Assembly (NCBI GenBank): GCA_963742735.1
Contig: CAVUMN010000004.1
Location: 320,001 to 384,000 of the forward strand
Length of the DNA: 64,000 nucleotides
Reading direction: 5' to 3'
From: an uncultured Actinomycetes bacterium
Lineage (GTDB): Bacteria > Actinomycetota > UBA4738 > JBBDTT01
Every line of letters begins with the position of its first letter. Position 1 is the first letter of the stretch. A program made the translations under genes and the position numbers. This document shows, piece by piece, positions 31,327 to 41,085 of this stretch. The notes below the pieces were generated by a model. That model was given only the letters and a program-made list of their open reading frames with translations. It did no database searches and was not told where the DNA came from.

Positions 31327-32667
31327 ATGAAACGGCTCCTGGGCCTCCTGGGCGTGCACCACCCACTCGAGGGTGGCCTGTTCGCGAAGATCTGGCCTTT
31401 CCCCGCCGTGATCAGCGCGACGCTCCTGATCGCGTGGGCCACCGAGGTCGCCGCGTTCTTCATGTCGCGGGGCCTGGCCCTCGCCATCCTGGCGTTCCTC
31501 CAGGTCTCACCCGAATTCGCGGTCGAGGCGGTTCTGGCCAAGGAGGCGGCGCTCGACGACGACAAGCTGCAGTTCGTGACGGCGAACTTCACCGGCGCGA
31601 ACCGGCTCCTGGTCGGCGCGGCGCTGCCCGTCATCTTCCTGATCGGCCGGCGGGTGCTGAGGCGGCAGGGACGGTGGCCCGGAGAGCTGAGGATCAACAC
31701 CCATCACGCCGTCGAGGTCGTCGCCCTCACCATCCCTTCCCTGTACTCGTTTGTCTGGGTCCTGCGCGGGGGGCTGGGGCTCTTCGACACGGTGGTCCTC
31801 GTCGCGATGTTCGTGGCCTACCTGTGGATGCTCTCCCGGATGCCTCCGGCCGAGGAGGAGGAGGTGGAGCTCCTCCGCGGCATCCCGAAGCGAGTGATGG
31901 ACACGGGCAACCGCTCGCTGCAGCGCAACTTCGCCATCGGCGCGTTCCTCATCGGCGGGCTGATCCTGTTCTTCTCCGCCGAGCCGTTCGTCCACGGGAT
32001 GCAGGAGCTCGGCATCTACGTGCACATCTCCTCGTACTTGCTGCTCCAGTGGGTCGCCCCCCTGCTGTCGGAGTTCCCCGAGTTCTTCACGGTCATCTAC
32101 TGGAGCCGACAGGCGCGGGTCGAGCAGGCGTTCATGAACATCGTCGCGGCGAAGATCAACCAGTGGACGTTGCTGATCGCGATGATCCCCCTGGTCTACG
32201 CGATCACCCACGCGGTCAAGGGCCTCGGCGGGTTCACGATCGAGTTCGACTACCACCAGCGGGTGGAGATCCTCCTCACCGCGGTTCAGGGGCTCTTCGC
32301 GGCCGTGTGCCTGTTCAAGTTCCGGTTCCTGCGGTGGGAGGCCTACGCCCTGCTGGGGCTGTGGGCCTTCCAGCTGTTCGACCCGCTGATCGATCCGTCG
32401 TTGCAGTCGCTTCCCTCGATCTTCGGAGGATTCCTCGGTCGCGAGGCCGGCGGGGACGCCATCGTCGTCCGCGAGTACACCAGCGCGATCTTCGTCGCGC
32501 TGATCGCGTTCGAGCTCATCCGGTACCGAAGCGAGAACCGGCTGTTCCGGCACTTCGGCGAGATGTGGCGGCGGTACGGGCCCGGCGGCTCGGATCGGGG
32601 CGGACACGGGGCGGCGCTCGGCGACACGAGCGTGGAGGGATCGAAGCGCGTCGAGGGCGAGGGCTAG
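31327..32667 (+). CDS. Ca2+/cation (CaCA family) exchanger
   Basis: Alpha repeats SPEFAVE..ANFTGANRLL and APLLSEFPEF..AAKINQWTLL. Confidence 0.85.
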   Translation: MKRLLGLLGVHHPLEGGLFAKIWPFPAVISATLLIAWATEVAAFFMSRGLALAILAFLQVSPEFAVEAVLAKEAALDDDKLQFVTANFTGANRLLVGAALPVIFLIGRRVLRRQGRWPGELRINTHHAVEVVALTIPSLYSFVWVLRGGLGLFDTVVLVAMFVAYLWMLSRMPPAEEEEVELLRGIPKRVMDTGNRSLQRNFAIGAFLIGGLILFFSAEPFVHGMQELGIYVHISSYLLLQWVAPLLSEFPEFFTVIYWSRQARVEQAFMNIVAAKINQWTLLIAMIPLVYAITHAVKGLGGFTIEFDYHQRVEILLTAVQGLFAAVCLFKFRFLRWEAYALLGLWAFQLFDPLIDPSLQSLPSIFGGFLGREAGGDAIVVREYTSAIFVALIAFELIRYRSENRLFRHFGEMWRRYGPGGSDRGGHGAALGDTSVEGSKRVEGEG

Positions 32668-32677
32668 CATCCCGGGT

Positions 32678-34961
32678 GTGGACCCCCGGGCGTTCCTCGA
32701 TGAGCTGACCGCGGACCCGGCCGTCGAGCCGTCGCTGGTCCACGTCCGCGTCCTGCCCGCCCGCGACCCCGCGCCGGAGCCGATCCCGGACATCCCCGAG
32801 CTCCTCGCCGACCGGTTGGAGCTCCTGGGGATCACCGGGCTGTACCCGCACCAGCGCGCGGCGCTCGAGGTCCTGGACCGGGGCGACAACGTCGTGATGG
32901 CCACGGGGACGGCGAGCGGGAAGACCCTCGTCTACAACCTGGCGTTCGCGAAGGCGGCGCTGCACGACCGCCGGGCGACGGCGCTGTACCTGTTCCCGAC
33001 GAAGGCGCTGGCCCGCGACCAGCTCCGCCAGGTCCGCGAGCTGAAGCTCCCCCAGGTGCGGGCCGCGGTCTACGACGGCGACACGCCCAGGCCGAACGCC
33101 CGCTGATCCGCCGCAACGCGAACCTGGTGATGACGAACCCGGACATGCTCCACGCGAGCATCCTGGCCGGCCACGCGCGGTGGGCGGACTTCCTCCTGCG
33201 GCTGTCGCTGGTGGTGGTCGACGAGGCGCACGTCGCTCGCGGCGTGTTCGGCTCGCACGTGGCGATGGTCCTGCGGCGGCTGCGCCGGCTGATCGCCCAC
33301 TACGGGGGCGCCCCGCGCTTCTGTCTTGCCAGCGCGACGATCGGCAACCCCTCCGAGCTGGCCGAGCGGCTGACCGGGCTCGAGTTCGAGGCGGTCGATC
33401 GACGACGCCTCGCCCCGCGGCGAGCGCCTGTTCGCCCTGTGGAACCCGCCGATCATCGACGAGGAGCTCGGCCTGCGGCGCAGCGTGATCGGCGAGGCGT
33501 CCTTCCTGCTCGAGCGGCTGGTCGACCGCGGGATCCGCACGATCGCCTTCGCCCGGACGCCGCGCGCGGCGCCGAGGTCATCGCCGACATCACCCGCAAG
33601 GCGCTGCCCGCGGCGACGAAGCGCGCGGGTCAAGGCGTACCGGGCCGGCTACCTGCCCGAGGAACGGCGCGCGCTCGAGCGGGCGCTGTCGAGGGGGGAG
33701 CTGCTCGCGGTCGCCGCGACCAACGCGCTGGAGCTCGGCATCGACGTGGGGGCGCTGGACGCGGCGCTGCTCGCCGGCTACCCGGGCACGCGGGCGTCGA
33801 TGTGGCAGCAGGCCGGCCGCGCGGGGCGGCGCGGGCGAGGGCGCGCTGGCCGTCCTGATCGCCCAGGACGACCCGCTCGACCAGTACCTGGTCCATCACC
33901 CGGAGGACCTGTTCGACCGCCCGCCGGAGGCCGCGGTGGTCGACCCCACGAACCCGTACGTGGCGAAGCCCCACCTGATGGCCGCGGCCCGCGAGCAGCC
34001 GCTCGACCGCCGAGGAGCTCGCGTTCTTCGGCGACACGGCCGGCCGCGTTCGCCGCGGAGCTGGTGACCGAGGGCCGCCTGGTCGAACGCCGCGGGCGGC
34101 TTCACCACCGCGGCCGGGAGTCCGCCGCACGCCGCGATCGACATCCGGTCGGCCTCGGGCGCGCTGTTCGCGATCGTCGACGAGGACACGGGCGCGCTGA
34201 TCGGCACCGTCGACGAGGCCCGCGCGTTCGCGCGGTCCACCCCGGCGCGATCTACCTTCACCAGGGCGAGCAGTACGAGGTTCGCGACCTCGACCTGCAG
34301 GGCAAGGTGGCGCTGGTGCGCTCGAGCCGAGGCCGATTGGTACACGCGGGTCCGAGACACGATCGACATCGACGTCCTCGGCACGATCGAGGGGACGATG
34401 CTCGGCACGGTGCGGGCGTCGTTCGGCGACGTGCGGGTCACCACCCAGGTCATCGGGTTCCAGCGGATCTCGACGATCACCCAGGACCCCATCGATCTGG
34501 TCGGGCTCGACCTGCCCGCCCAGACCCTGGTCACCCGGGCGCTGTGGTGGGCGATCCCCGACGCCGTCCTGGACGCCGCCGAGGTGAAGCCGGCCGACGT
34601 CCCCGGCGCGGCGCACGCGGCGGAGCACGCCGCGATCGGGCTGCTCCCCCTGGTGGCCACGTGCGACCGGTGGGACGTCGGCGGCGTCTCCACCGCGTTG
34701 CACGAGGACATCGGATCGTGCGCGATCTTCATCTACGACGGGTACCCGGGCGGCGCCGGGATCGCCGAGCGCGGCTACCGCTCCGGGACCCGCCTCCTGG
34801 AGGCCACGCTGACTGCGGTCCGGGAGTGTCCGTGCCGTGACGGGTGTCCCGCGTGCGTGCAGTCGCCGAAGTGCGGCAACGGGAACGAGCCCCTGGACAA
34901 GCCGGGTGCGATCCGGCTGCTGGCCGCGATGCTCGGCCACGAGCAGAGCCGGGTGGCGTGA
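32678..34961 (+). CDS. DEAD/DEAH-box helicase with C-terminal DUF1998 (MrfA/SftH/Hrq1-like; several frameshifts 33090-34330)
   Basis: [82 protein letters not shown]. Confidence 0.9.
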
Positions 34962-35437
34962 TGGCGGTCTACGTGGCGGTGTGCGGGCCGAACGACGCGA
35001 ACGCCGAGGAGCTCGCCTGGGCCGAGGCCGTCGGGCGAGAGCTGGCCCGCGCGGGAGCGGTCCTGCTGAACGGAGGCCTCGGCGGGGTAATGGAGGCCGC
35101 CGCCCGGGGCGCGACCGCGGAGGGCGGGACGTCGATCGGCATCCTGCCGGGGACCTCGCGTCGCGACGCGAACCCGCACCTCACCCTTTCGATCCCCACC
35201 GGCATGGGCGAGGCCCGCAACGCGCTGCTGGTTCGGGCCGCCGACGCCGTGATCGCGATCAGCGGGGAGTTCGGGACGCTGTCCGAGGTGGCGTTCGCGC
35301 TGAAGATCGGCGTCCCGGTGGTCGGCCTCCACACCTGGGAGCTGTCCAAGCGGGGAACGGCGGTGGACGCCTTCGAGCGGGCCGAGGACCCCGAGGACGC
35401 CGTAAGCCGCGCGCTCGTGGCGGCGAACCCGCGCTAG
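34961..35437 (+). CDS. TIGR00725 / LOG-like Rossmann-fold protein
   Basis: GGLGGVMEA, IPTGMGEARN, GEFGTLSE. Confidence 0.88.
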   Translation: MAVYVAVCGPNDANAEELAWAEAVGRELARAGAVLLNGGLGGVMEAAARGATAEGGTSIGILPGTSRRDANPHLTLSIPTGMGEARNALLVRAADAVIAISGEFGTLSEVAFALKIGVPVVGLHTWELSKRGTAVDAFERAEDPEDAVSRALVAANPR

Positions 35438-36405
35438 CCCTCCGGCGCGGTCTTCACGTACCGGCGCAGGAGCAGGGCCAGGATCGCCAGGACCAGCCCG
35501 CCGGCCATGAACAGCCAGCCGTTGCGGCCCTCGTCCGTGCCCGCCTCCAGAGGTCCGCCGGCGACGGGGCCGCCGGCGATCGGGGTCACCTCGGTGGCCG
35601 GGCCGTACGGCAGGCCCGGGCTGTACTGCCCGTCCGGGTCGTTGGGGTCGCCGCCAGACCCGAGCGCGTCCCCCTTCGCGACGCTGGCTTCCTGGGCTCC
35701 GCTGACCTTCGAGCCGACGGTCCCCGTCAGCGGGCTGGAACGAAGGGCACGGATCCGGAAGCAGTAGCGGCCGGCCGCCAGGCCCTCCTCGGCGTGGTTG
35801 GTCGCGAACGTGGTCGTGCGCAGCGTGTAGGCGTCACCGAACCCCGGACATCCCGAGCCGGCCTTCGAGGCCACGTACACCTCGTAGCCGGCGAAGTCGG
35901 AGCGGTCGGCGGTGGCCACCTCGTCCCACGCCGCGAACGCCCGCCCCGCGCCGCCCTGGACCTCCAGCCCCTCCGGCGCCGGCGGCGCGTTGCTGATGTC
36001 GAGGGCCAGGACGGCCGCGGCGTAGGTCTCCTCGTCGTTCGGGTCGTAGTCGCCGGCCGAGCCCCCCCAGGCCCGGACCCGGAGCCGGTAGGTCCCGTTC
36101 GGGATCCCGGTCGTGTCCAGCGCGGCCTCCCACGGACCGCCGGCCTCGAGCTGACCCATCGACGTAGCCCCGGGCTGGTCCCACGGCTGGCCGGGCTCGG
36201 TGAGGACGTAGGCCACGTCCGACGCGCCGCCCAGGCCGCTGACCTCCGCCACCACCCGCACCCTCCCGCGGACCAGCGCCACGCCGTCGTCCGCCTGCGG
36301 GTTCGTGATCTCCACCGCGTAGGGGGCGGCGCCGGCCGGGGACGCCGGCAGGATCGCGAGGACGGCGGCGAGCGCGAGGACGATCGGGGGGAGCGAGCGG
36401 CGCAT
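35434..36405 (-). CDS. Surface protein with Ig-like and FnIII-like domains and a C-terminal TM anchor
   Basis: Signal peptide; LDTTGIPNGTYRLRVRA; PPAPEGL..W..GYEVY; TM followed by RR. Confidence 0.75.
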   Translation of the reverse strand: MRRSLPPIVLALAAVLAILPASPAGAAPYAVEITNPQADDGVALVRGRVRVVAEVSGLGGASDVAYVLTEPGQPWDQPGATSMGQLEAGGPWEAALDTTGIPNGTYRLRVRAWGGSAGDYDPNDEETYAAAVLALDISNAPPAPEGLEVQGGAGRAFAAWDEVATADRSDFAGYEVYVASKAGSGCPGFGDAYTLRTTTFATNHAEEGLAAGRYCFRIRALRSSPLTGTVGSKVSGAQEASVAKGDALGSGGDPNDPDGQYSPGLPYGPATEVTPIAGGPVAGGPLEAGTDEGRNGWLFMAGGLVLAILALLLRRYVKTAPEG

Positions 36406-36416
36406 GAGGATCGAGT

Positions 36417-37160
36417 CTAGCTACGGGTTCGGGGGGCGCGGCCCAGGTAGGCCGCAGAAAGCCGGCGATCGTCGCCGAGCTCCGTCGCTGGGCCCTGGGC
36501 GACGACCCGGCCGAGCTCCATGACGTAGGCCCGGTCCGACACGGCGAGCGCGGCCCGGGCGGCCTTCTCCACCAGCAGGATGGTCACGCCCTCCTCCCAC
36601 AGCCCGCGGACGGACGCGAACAGCTCGTGGACGAGCTTCGGGGCGAGCCCCGCCGACGCCTCGTCGAGCAGCAGCAAGCGGGGCCGCGACATGAGCCCGC
36701 GGGCGAGCAGCAGCTGGCGGCGCTCGCCGCCGGAGAGCGACCCGGCCGGGTTCGCCGCCCGGTCGGCCAGCGCCGGGAACCGGCCCAGGATGTCGTCGAG
36801 CATCCGGCGAACCCGGGGCCGGTCCCGCCGGTAGACGTGCGCGCCGACGAGCAACGAGTCCCGCACCGAGACGCTGCCGGCGATCTCACGGTCGGAGGGG
36901 ACGTGGACCAGCCCGCGGGCGACGAGCCGGTGCGGGGCGAGGCCCAGGATCTCCTCGCCCTCGAACCGCACGCTGCCGGTCGCGAACGGGATCAGGCCCG
37001 AGATCGCGCGCAGCAGGGTCGTCTTGCCCGCGCCGTTCGACCCCAGGACGCAGACCACCTCGTGCTCGGCGACGTCGATCGAGGCATCGCGGACGGCCGG
37101 CGCGTCTCGCCGGTAGCCGGCGGTGAGCCCGGAGACGGTGAGCAGGGGAAACCGCTTCAT
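36417..37160 (-). CDS. livF: LivF-like ABC ATPase
   Basis: GSNGAGKTT, LSGGERR, LLDEASAGLAP. Confidence 0.88.
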   Translation of the reverse strand: MKRFPLLTVSGLTAGYRRDAPAVRDASIDVAEHEVVCVLGSNGAGKTTLLRAISGLIPFATGSVRFEGEEILGLAPHRLVARGLVHVPSDREIAGSVSVRDSLLVGAHVYRRDRPRVRRMLDDILGRFPALADRAANPAGSLSGGERRQLLLARGLMSRPRLLLLDEASAGLAPKLVHELFASVRGLWEEGVTILLVEKAARAALAVSDRAYVMELGRVVAQGPATELGDDRRLSAAYLGRAPRTRS

Positions 37161-38863
37161 CCCAGGTAGGCCTCCTTCACGGCCGAGTCGCGGCGGATGG
37201 ACGCGGGCGAGCCGGAGGCGATCACGCGGCCGGCGTCCAGGACGGTGACCTGGTCGGCCAGCCGCATCACCATGTCCATGTGGTGCTCCACCAGGACGAC
37301 GGTCGCTCCGGCGTCGCGCAGGCCGCGCAGGAACCGTTCCAGCTCGTCGACCTCCCCCGACGCCAGTCCCGCCGCGGGCTCGTCCAGGAACACGACCCGG
37401 GGGTGGGCCATCAGGACGCGAGCCAGCTCGAGCCGCTTCGCCTCGCCGAGCGAGAGGGTCGCGGCCGGCGCGTCCTCGAGCCCGGCGAGACCGACCGAAG
37501 CCAGCAGCGCCGACGCCTCGGCCCGCAGCGCCAGCTCCCGATCGCGGTACGCCCCCAGCCCCGCGGCGACGAAGCGCTCGCCGGCCCGCGCCGACGCACC
37601 GACCAGCACGACCTCCAGGCACGCCAGGCCGGGGAACGCGTTCGCCTCCTGGAACGTCCTCGCGACGCCCGCCCGCCCCGCCGCCGCCGGCCCGCGGCGC
37701 AAGGGCAGCCCGTCCACGTACGCGCGCCCGGCGTCGGGCGAACGCACCCCGGTGCACGCGTCGACGAAGGTCGTCTTGCCCGAGCCGTTCGGTCCGACGA
37801 GCGCGTGGATCGTTCCGGCGGCGACGTCGAGCGAGACGTCCTCGGCCGCGGCGAGCCCCCCGAACCGGACCGTGACCCCCCGCGCGGCGAACGCCGCGCC
37901 CGGCTCGACCATCGGCGGCGCCTCCGCGAAGCGGGCCGCCTCGGTCCGGCCCGGGCGGCGGCGCGGCCGCAGGCCGGCCAGCCCCTCCGGCCGCAGGATG
38001 ACGAACGCCAGCGCCGCCATCCCGAAGACGACGAGCTCGTACCGGCCGAAGCCCGAAACGAGCGCGCGCGGCAGGAGCACCACCGCCGCCCCGACGGCCG
38101 GCCCGGCCGGCGACCGCGACCCCCCGATCACCATCATCACCAGCAGCAGCAACGAAAGCTGGAGGCCGAACGCGTCGGGCACCAGCAGCCCCTGGGAGTG
38201 CGCGTAGATCGCCCCGCCCGCCCCTGCACAGGCCGCCGAGAACCCGAACGCCGCCACCTTCACCCGGAACGGCTCGATCCCGGTCCCGGCCGCGGCCCGA
38301 TCGCCCTCCCGCACGGCCGCGGCCGCGCGCCCCGGGGCGGACGTGCGCAGCGACGACGCGAAGAGCACCGCCGCCGCCAGCGCGACCCCGCCCAGCAGCG
38401 CCACCCCGAGCCCGCCCAGCTCGTGACCGAAGAACGACGGTGGCGGCACCCCGGGCAGGCCGGCGAACCCCCCGGTCATGTCCGGGAACTGCCCCTCCAG
38501 CTGGTACGCGATGTAGGCGAAGCCCAGGGTGGCCAGGGCCAGGTACTGCCCGCCGACCCGCAGCGACGGGGCCGCGAACGCGAGCCCCACCAGGACGGCC
38601 GCGGCGATCCCGACCAGGGCGGCCAGCCAGAACGGCCACCCCCCGCGCATCACCAGCAGCGCCGAGGTGTACGCGCCCGCCGACATCAGCGCCCCGTGCC
38701 CGAGCGACAGCTGCCCCGTGATGCCGGACACGGACCCGAGCCCCGTCGCCGCCAGGGCCAGCGCCGCGACCTCCGCCAGCGTGTACCGGGCCACGACGTC
38801 GGTCAGGACGAACGGTGCCAGCACCGCGGCCGCCGCGACCACCACGGGTGCCCGCGCCCTCAT
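37157..38863 (-). CDS. Fused LivM permease / LivG ATPase
   Basis: GQLSLGHGA, YLALATL, GPNGSGKTT, FLDEPAAG, VEHHM. Confidence 0.88.
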   Translation of the reverse strand: MRARAPVVVAAAAVLAPFVLTDVVARYTLAEVAALALAATGLGSVSGITGQLSLGHGALMSAGAYTSALLVMRGGWPFWLAALVGIAAAVLVGLAFAAPSLRVGGQYLALATLGFAYIAYQLEGQFPDMTGGFAGLPGVPPPSFFGHELGGLGVALLGGVALAAAVLFASSLRTSAPGRAAAAVREGDRAAAGTGIEPFRVKVAAFGFSAACAGAGGAIYAHSQGLLVPDAFGLQLSLLLLVMMVIGGSRSPAGPAVGAAVVLLPRALVSGFGRYELVVFGMAALAFVILRPEGLAGLRPRRRPGRTEAARFAEAPPMVEPGAAFAARGVTVRFGGLAAAEDVSLDVAAGTIHALVGPNGSGKTTFVDACTGVRSPDAGRAYVDGLPLRRGPAAAGRAGVARTFQEANAFPGLACLEVVLVGASARAGERFVAAGLGAYRDRELALRAEASALLASVGLAGLEDAPAATLSLGEAKRLELARVLMAHPRVVFLDEPAAGLASGEVDELERFLRGLRDAGATVVLVEHHMDMVMRLADQVTVLDAGRVIASGSPASIRRDSAVKEAYLG

Positions 38864-39744
38864 CGCCCCGTCTCCCGCCGCCCGGCGATGCCCTGCGGGG
38901 CCAGGACCAGCACCCCGATGGCCAGCGCGAACACGATCGCGTCCACGCCCCCCGCCGACAGGTCCGGGAAGCTCACGAGCAGCAGGCTCTCGAGGACGCC
39001 GACCAGCAGCCCACCGGCCAGCGCGCCGGTTCCGCTCCCCAGGCCGCCGATCGTCGCCGCGACGAACCCCTTGAACGTGAACAGGAACCCGAGCTGCGTC
39101 GAGACGAAGGTCAGCGGCGCGAAGACCAGCCCGGCCACCGCACCGGTCGTCGAGGCCAGCACGAACGTGAGCAGTCGGACCCTCGGCACGTTGACGCCGG
39201 CGAGCGAGGCGGAGTCCGGGCTCTCCGCGATCGTGCGTACGGCCCGGCCGAACGCCGTTCGCTTGAGCGTCACGTGCAGGCCGGCCGCGAGCGCCACCGC
39301 CAGCGCCAGGACGTAGAGGTACGAGGCCCGGAACGCGACCGAGCCGAGGCGCACCACGTCCTCGCCCCCCAGCGAGACCGGCAAGGGGTACGCCCGGTCC
39401 CCGAACAGGAGCGTCGCCCCGCCCCGCAGGACGGCCGCGAACAGGACGAGCGCCAGGAACCACGACAGCGGATCGCGGCGCCCGGCCAGCGGGGCCAGGA
39501 CCACCCGCTCCAGCAGCGCGCCGAGCACCGCGGCCGCGGCCACGCCCAGGACCAGCGACTCCCACGCCGGCATCCCGTACAGCAGCCCGGTGAGCGAGAC
39601 GAACACCGCGGTCATCACGACGTCGCCGTGGGCCAGGTTCACGGTGCGGGTCACCGCGTAGACCAGCGTGATCCCGTACGCCACGAGCGCGTAGACCCCA
39701 CCGGTCCCCAGCCCGGCCACCAGCGCCTGCGCGAACTTGGCCAT
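38860..39744 (-). CDS. livH: LivH-like permease
   Basis: GGVYALVAYGITLV..VNLAHGD, TAFGRAVR. Confidence 0.88.
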   Translation of the reverse strand: MAKFAQALVAGLGTGGVYALVAYGITLVYAVTRTVNLAHGDVVMTAVFVSLTGLLYGMPAWESLVLGVAAAAVLGALLERVVLAPLAGRRDPLSWFLALVLFAAVLRGGATLLFGDRAYPLPVSLGGEDVVRLGSVAFRASYLYVLALAVALAAGLHVTLKRTAFGRAVRTIAESPDSASLAGVNVPRVRLLTFVLASTTGAVAGLVFAPLTFVSTQLGFLFTFKGFVAATIGGLGSGTGALAGGLLVGVLESLLLVSFPDLSAGGVDAIVFALAIGVLVLAPQGIAGRRETGR

Positions 39745-41082
39745 CTACAGCGCCCCGGGAGGCGGACGCGGAGGCCGGTACGCGCGGAAGAAGTTCACGT
39801 TCTCGGGGTCGGTCAGGACCTGCTCCACGATGCGCTGCTGGATGCGCTGACCCCGCGGCGAGCGAAGGAAGTCCTGGGGGATGTAGTACGCGCTGACCTG
39901 GACCTTGTAGAACGCGATCTCCCTCGTCCGGTCGGAGCGCGGGTCGGCGTCGTAGAGGAACGCGAAGTTCGACAGCCGCGCCATCCACAACGACCCGGCG
40001 TCGAACGCCTCGTGATCCTCTGGTGTGAACGCGTAGTCGGCGAAGACGCCCGTCACCGAGGTGCCGTCCTCCAGGGCGGCCAGGACGTCCTCCGCGTCGC
40101 GGGACTCCGCGCGGCGGACGGCCTCGGCCACGACCTTCACCGCGTCGTACGCGAGCATGTCCAGGTACGACAGCGCCGGGATCAACGTCAGCCGCTTCGG
40201 GATCGTCAGGACCCCGTACGCCTCCGAGTAGTCCAGGAACCACTCGACCAGCGCGGGGGTGAACCAGGTCTCGCGGCGAGGGAGGACGAACGCGGAGTTG
40301 TCGGTGGCGACCCCCGCCAGCGAACGGTAGTCGGGGTCGAACAGCGTCATCGGGCCCGCGATCTGGACGCCCCAGTCCGCGTCGCGAATCGCCCGGAGGA
40401 ACCGCGCGGCGTCGTCGGGACCAGCCCAGACCACCACGGCGTCAGGGCGGTCCTCGCGCAGCAGCGAGACACCGGGTGAGGGGTCCGGGAGCCCGGGGGC
40501 GAAGTGGTGCACCGCGACCGGGGGGCTGCCGGCGTCCCGCAGCGCCGCCTCGAACGCGTCCGCGCCCATCCTCGTCTGCGGCTCGTCGGCCGCGACCATG
40601 GCGACGCGCTCGAAACGGCGTATCTCCACCAGCCAGCGGGCCAGCGCCGCGGCCTGGTCGGTCGCCGAGGGCGACAGCCGGAACACGCGCTCCCCCAGCT
40701 CGCCCTCGGGGACGATCGAGAGGTACGGCGTCTGCACCTCGCGCAGGGGACCGGTCGGGTCGGCGACCGCGGCCAGGTTCTCCGGCCCGAGGATCGCGCT
40801 CGCCTCCTCGCCCAGGGCGAGCTCGCGGAGGATCCCGGGGAGCCGGGCCGCGTCCGCGTCGTCGCGGTACTCGATCCGGATCCGCGTGCCGGCCACGCCG
40901 CCGGTCTCGTTCAGGTCCTTCGCGGCGAGCTCGGCCCCGCGGCGCATCGCGTTGCCAACCTCGGACTGCGGGCCGGAGGACGGCCCGACGACGCCGATCA
41001 CGATCTGGTCGCCCTCGCCCGTGCAACCGGCCGTCGCCGCGGCGATCAGGACGCTCAACAGGACCGAGAGCGGCCGCCGCAC
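39745..41082 (-). CDS. LivK-like solute-binding lipoprotein
   Basis: Lipobox TAGC; IVIGVVGPSSG, GAELAAKDLNETGGV, YDAVKVVAEA. Confidence 0.85.
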   Translation of the reverse strand: MRRPLSVLLSVLIAAATAGCTGEGDQIVIGVVGPSSGPQSEVGNAMRRGAELAAKDLNETGGVAGTRIRIEYRDDADAARLPGILRELALGEEASAILGPENLAAVADPTGPLREVQTPYLSIVPEGELGERVFRLSPSATDQAAALARWLVEIRRFERVAMVAADEPQTRMGADAFEAALRDAGSPPVAVHHFAPGLPDPSPGVSLLREDRPDAVVVWAGPDDAARFLRAIRDADWGVQIAGPMTLFDPDYRSLAGVATDNSAFVLPRRETWFTPALVEWFLDYSEAYGVLTIPKRLTLIPALSYLDMLAYDAVKVVAEAVRRAESRDAEDVLAALEDGTSVTGVFADYAFTPEDHEAFDAGSLWMARLSNFAFLYDADPRSDRTREIAFYKVQVSAYYIPQDFLRSPRGQRIQQRIVEQVLTDPENVNFFRAYRPPRPPPGAL

Positions 41083-41085
41083 GCC

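Noticed and set aside
32678-34961. DUF1998 helicase as a DISARM/Druantia-type defence gene
   Set aside because: Compact MrfA/SftH-type helicase in its usual position near bldG; no methylase or other defence partners
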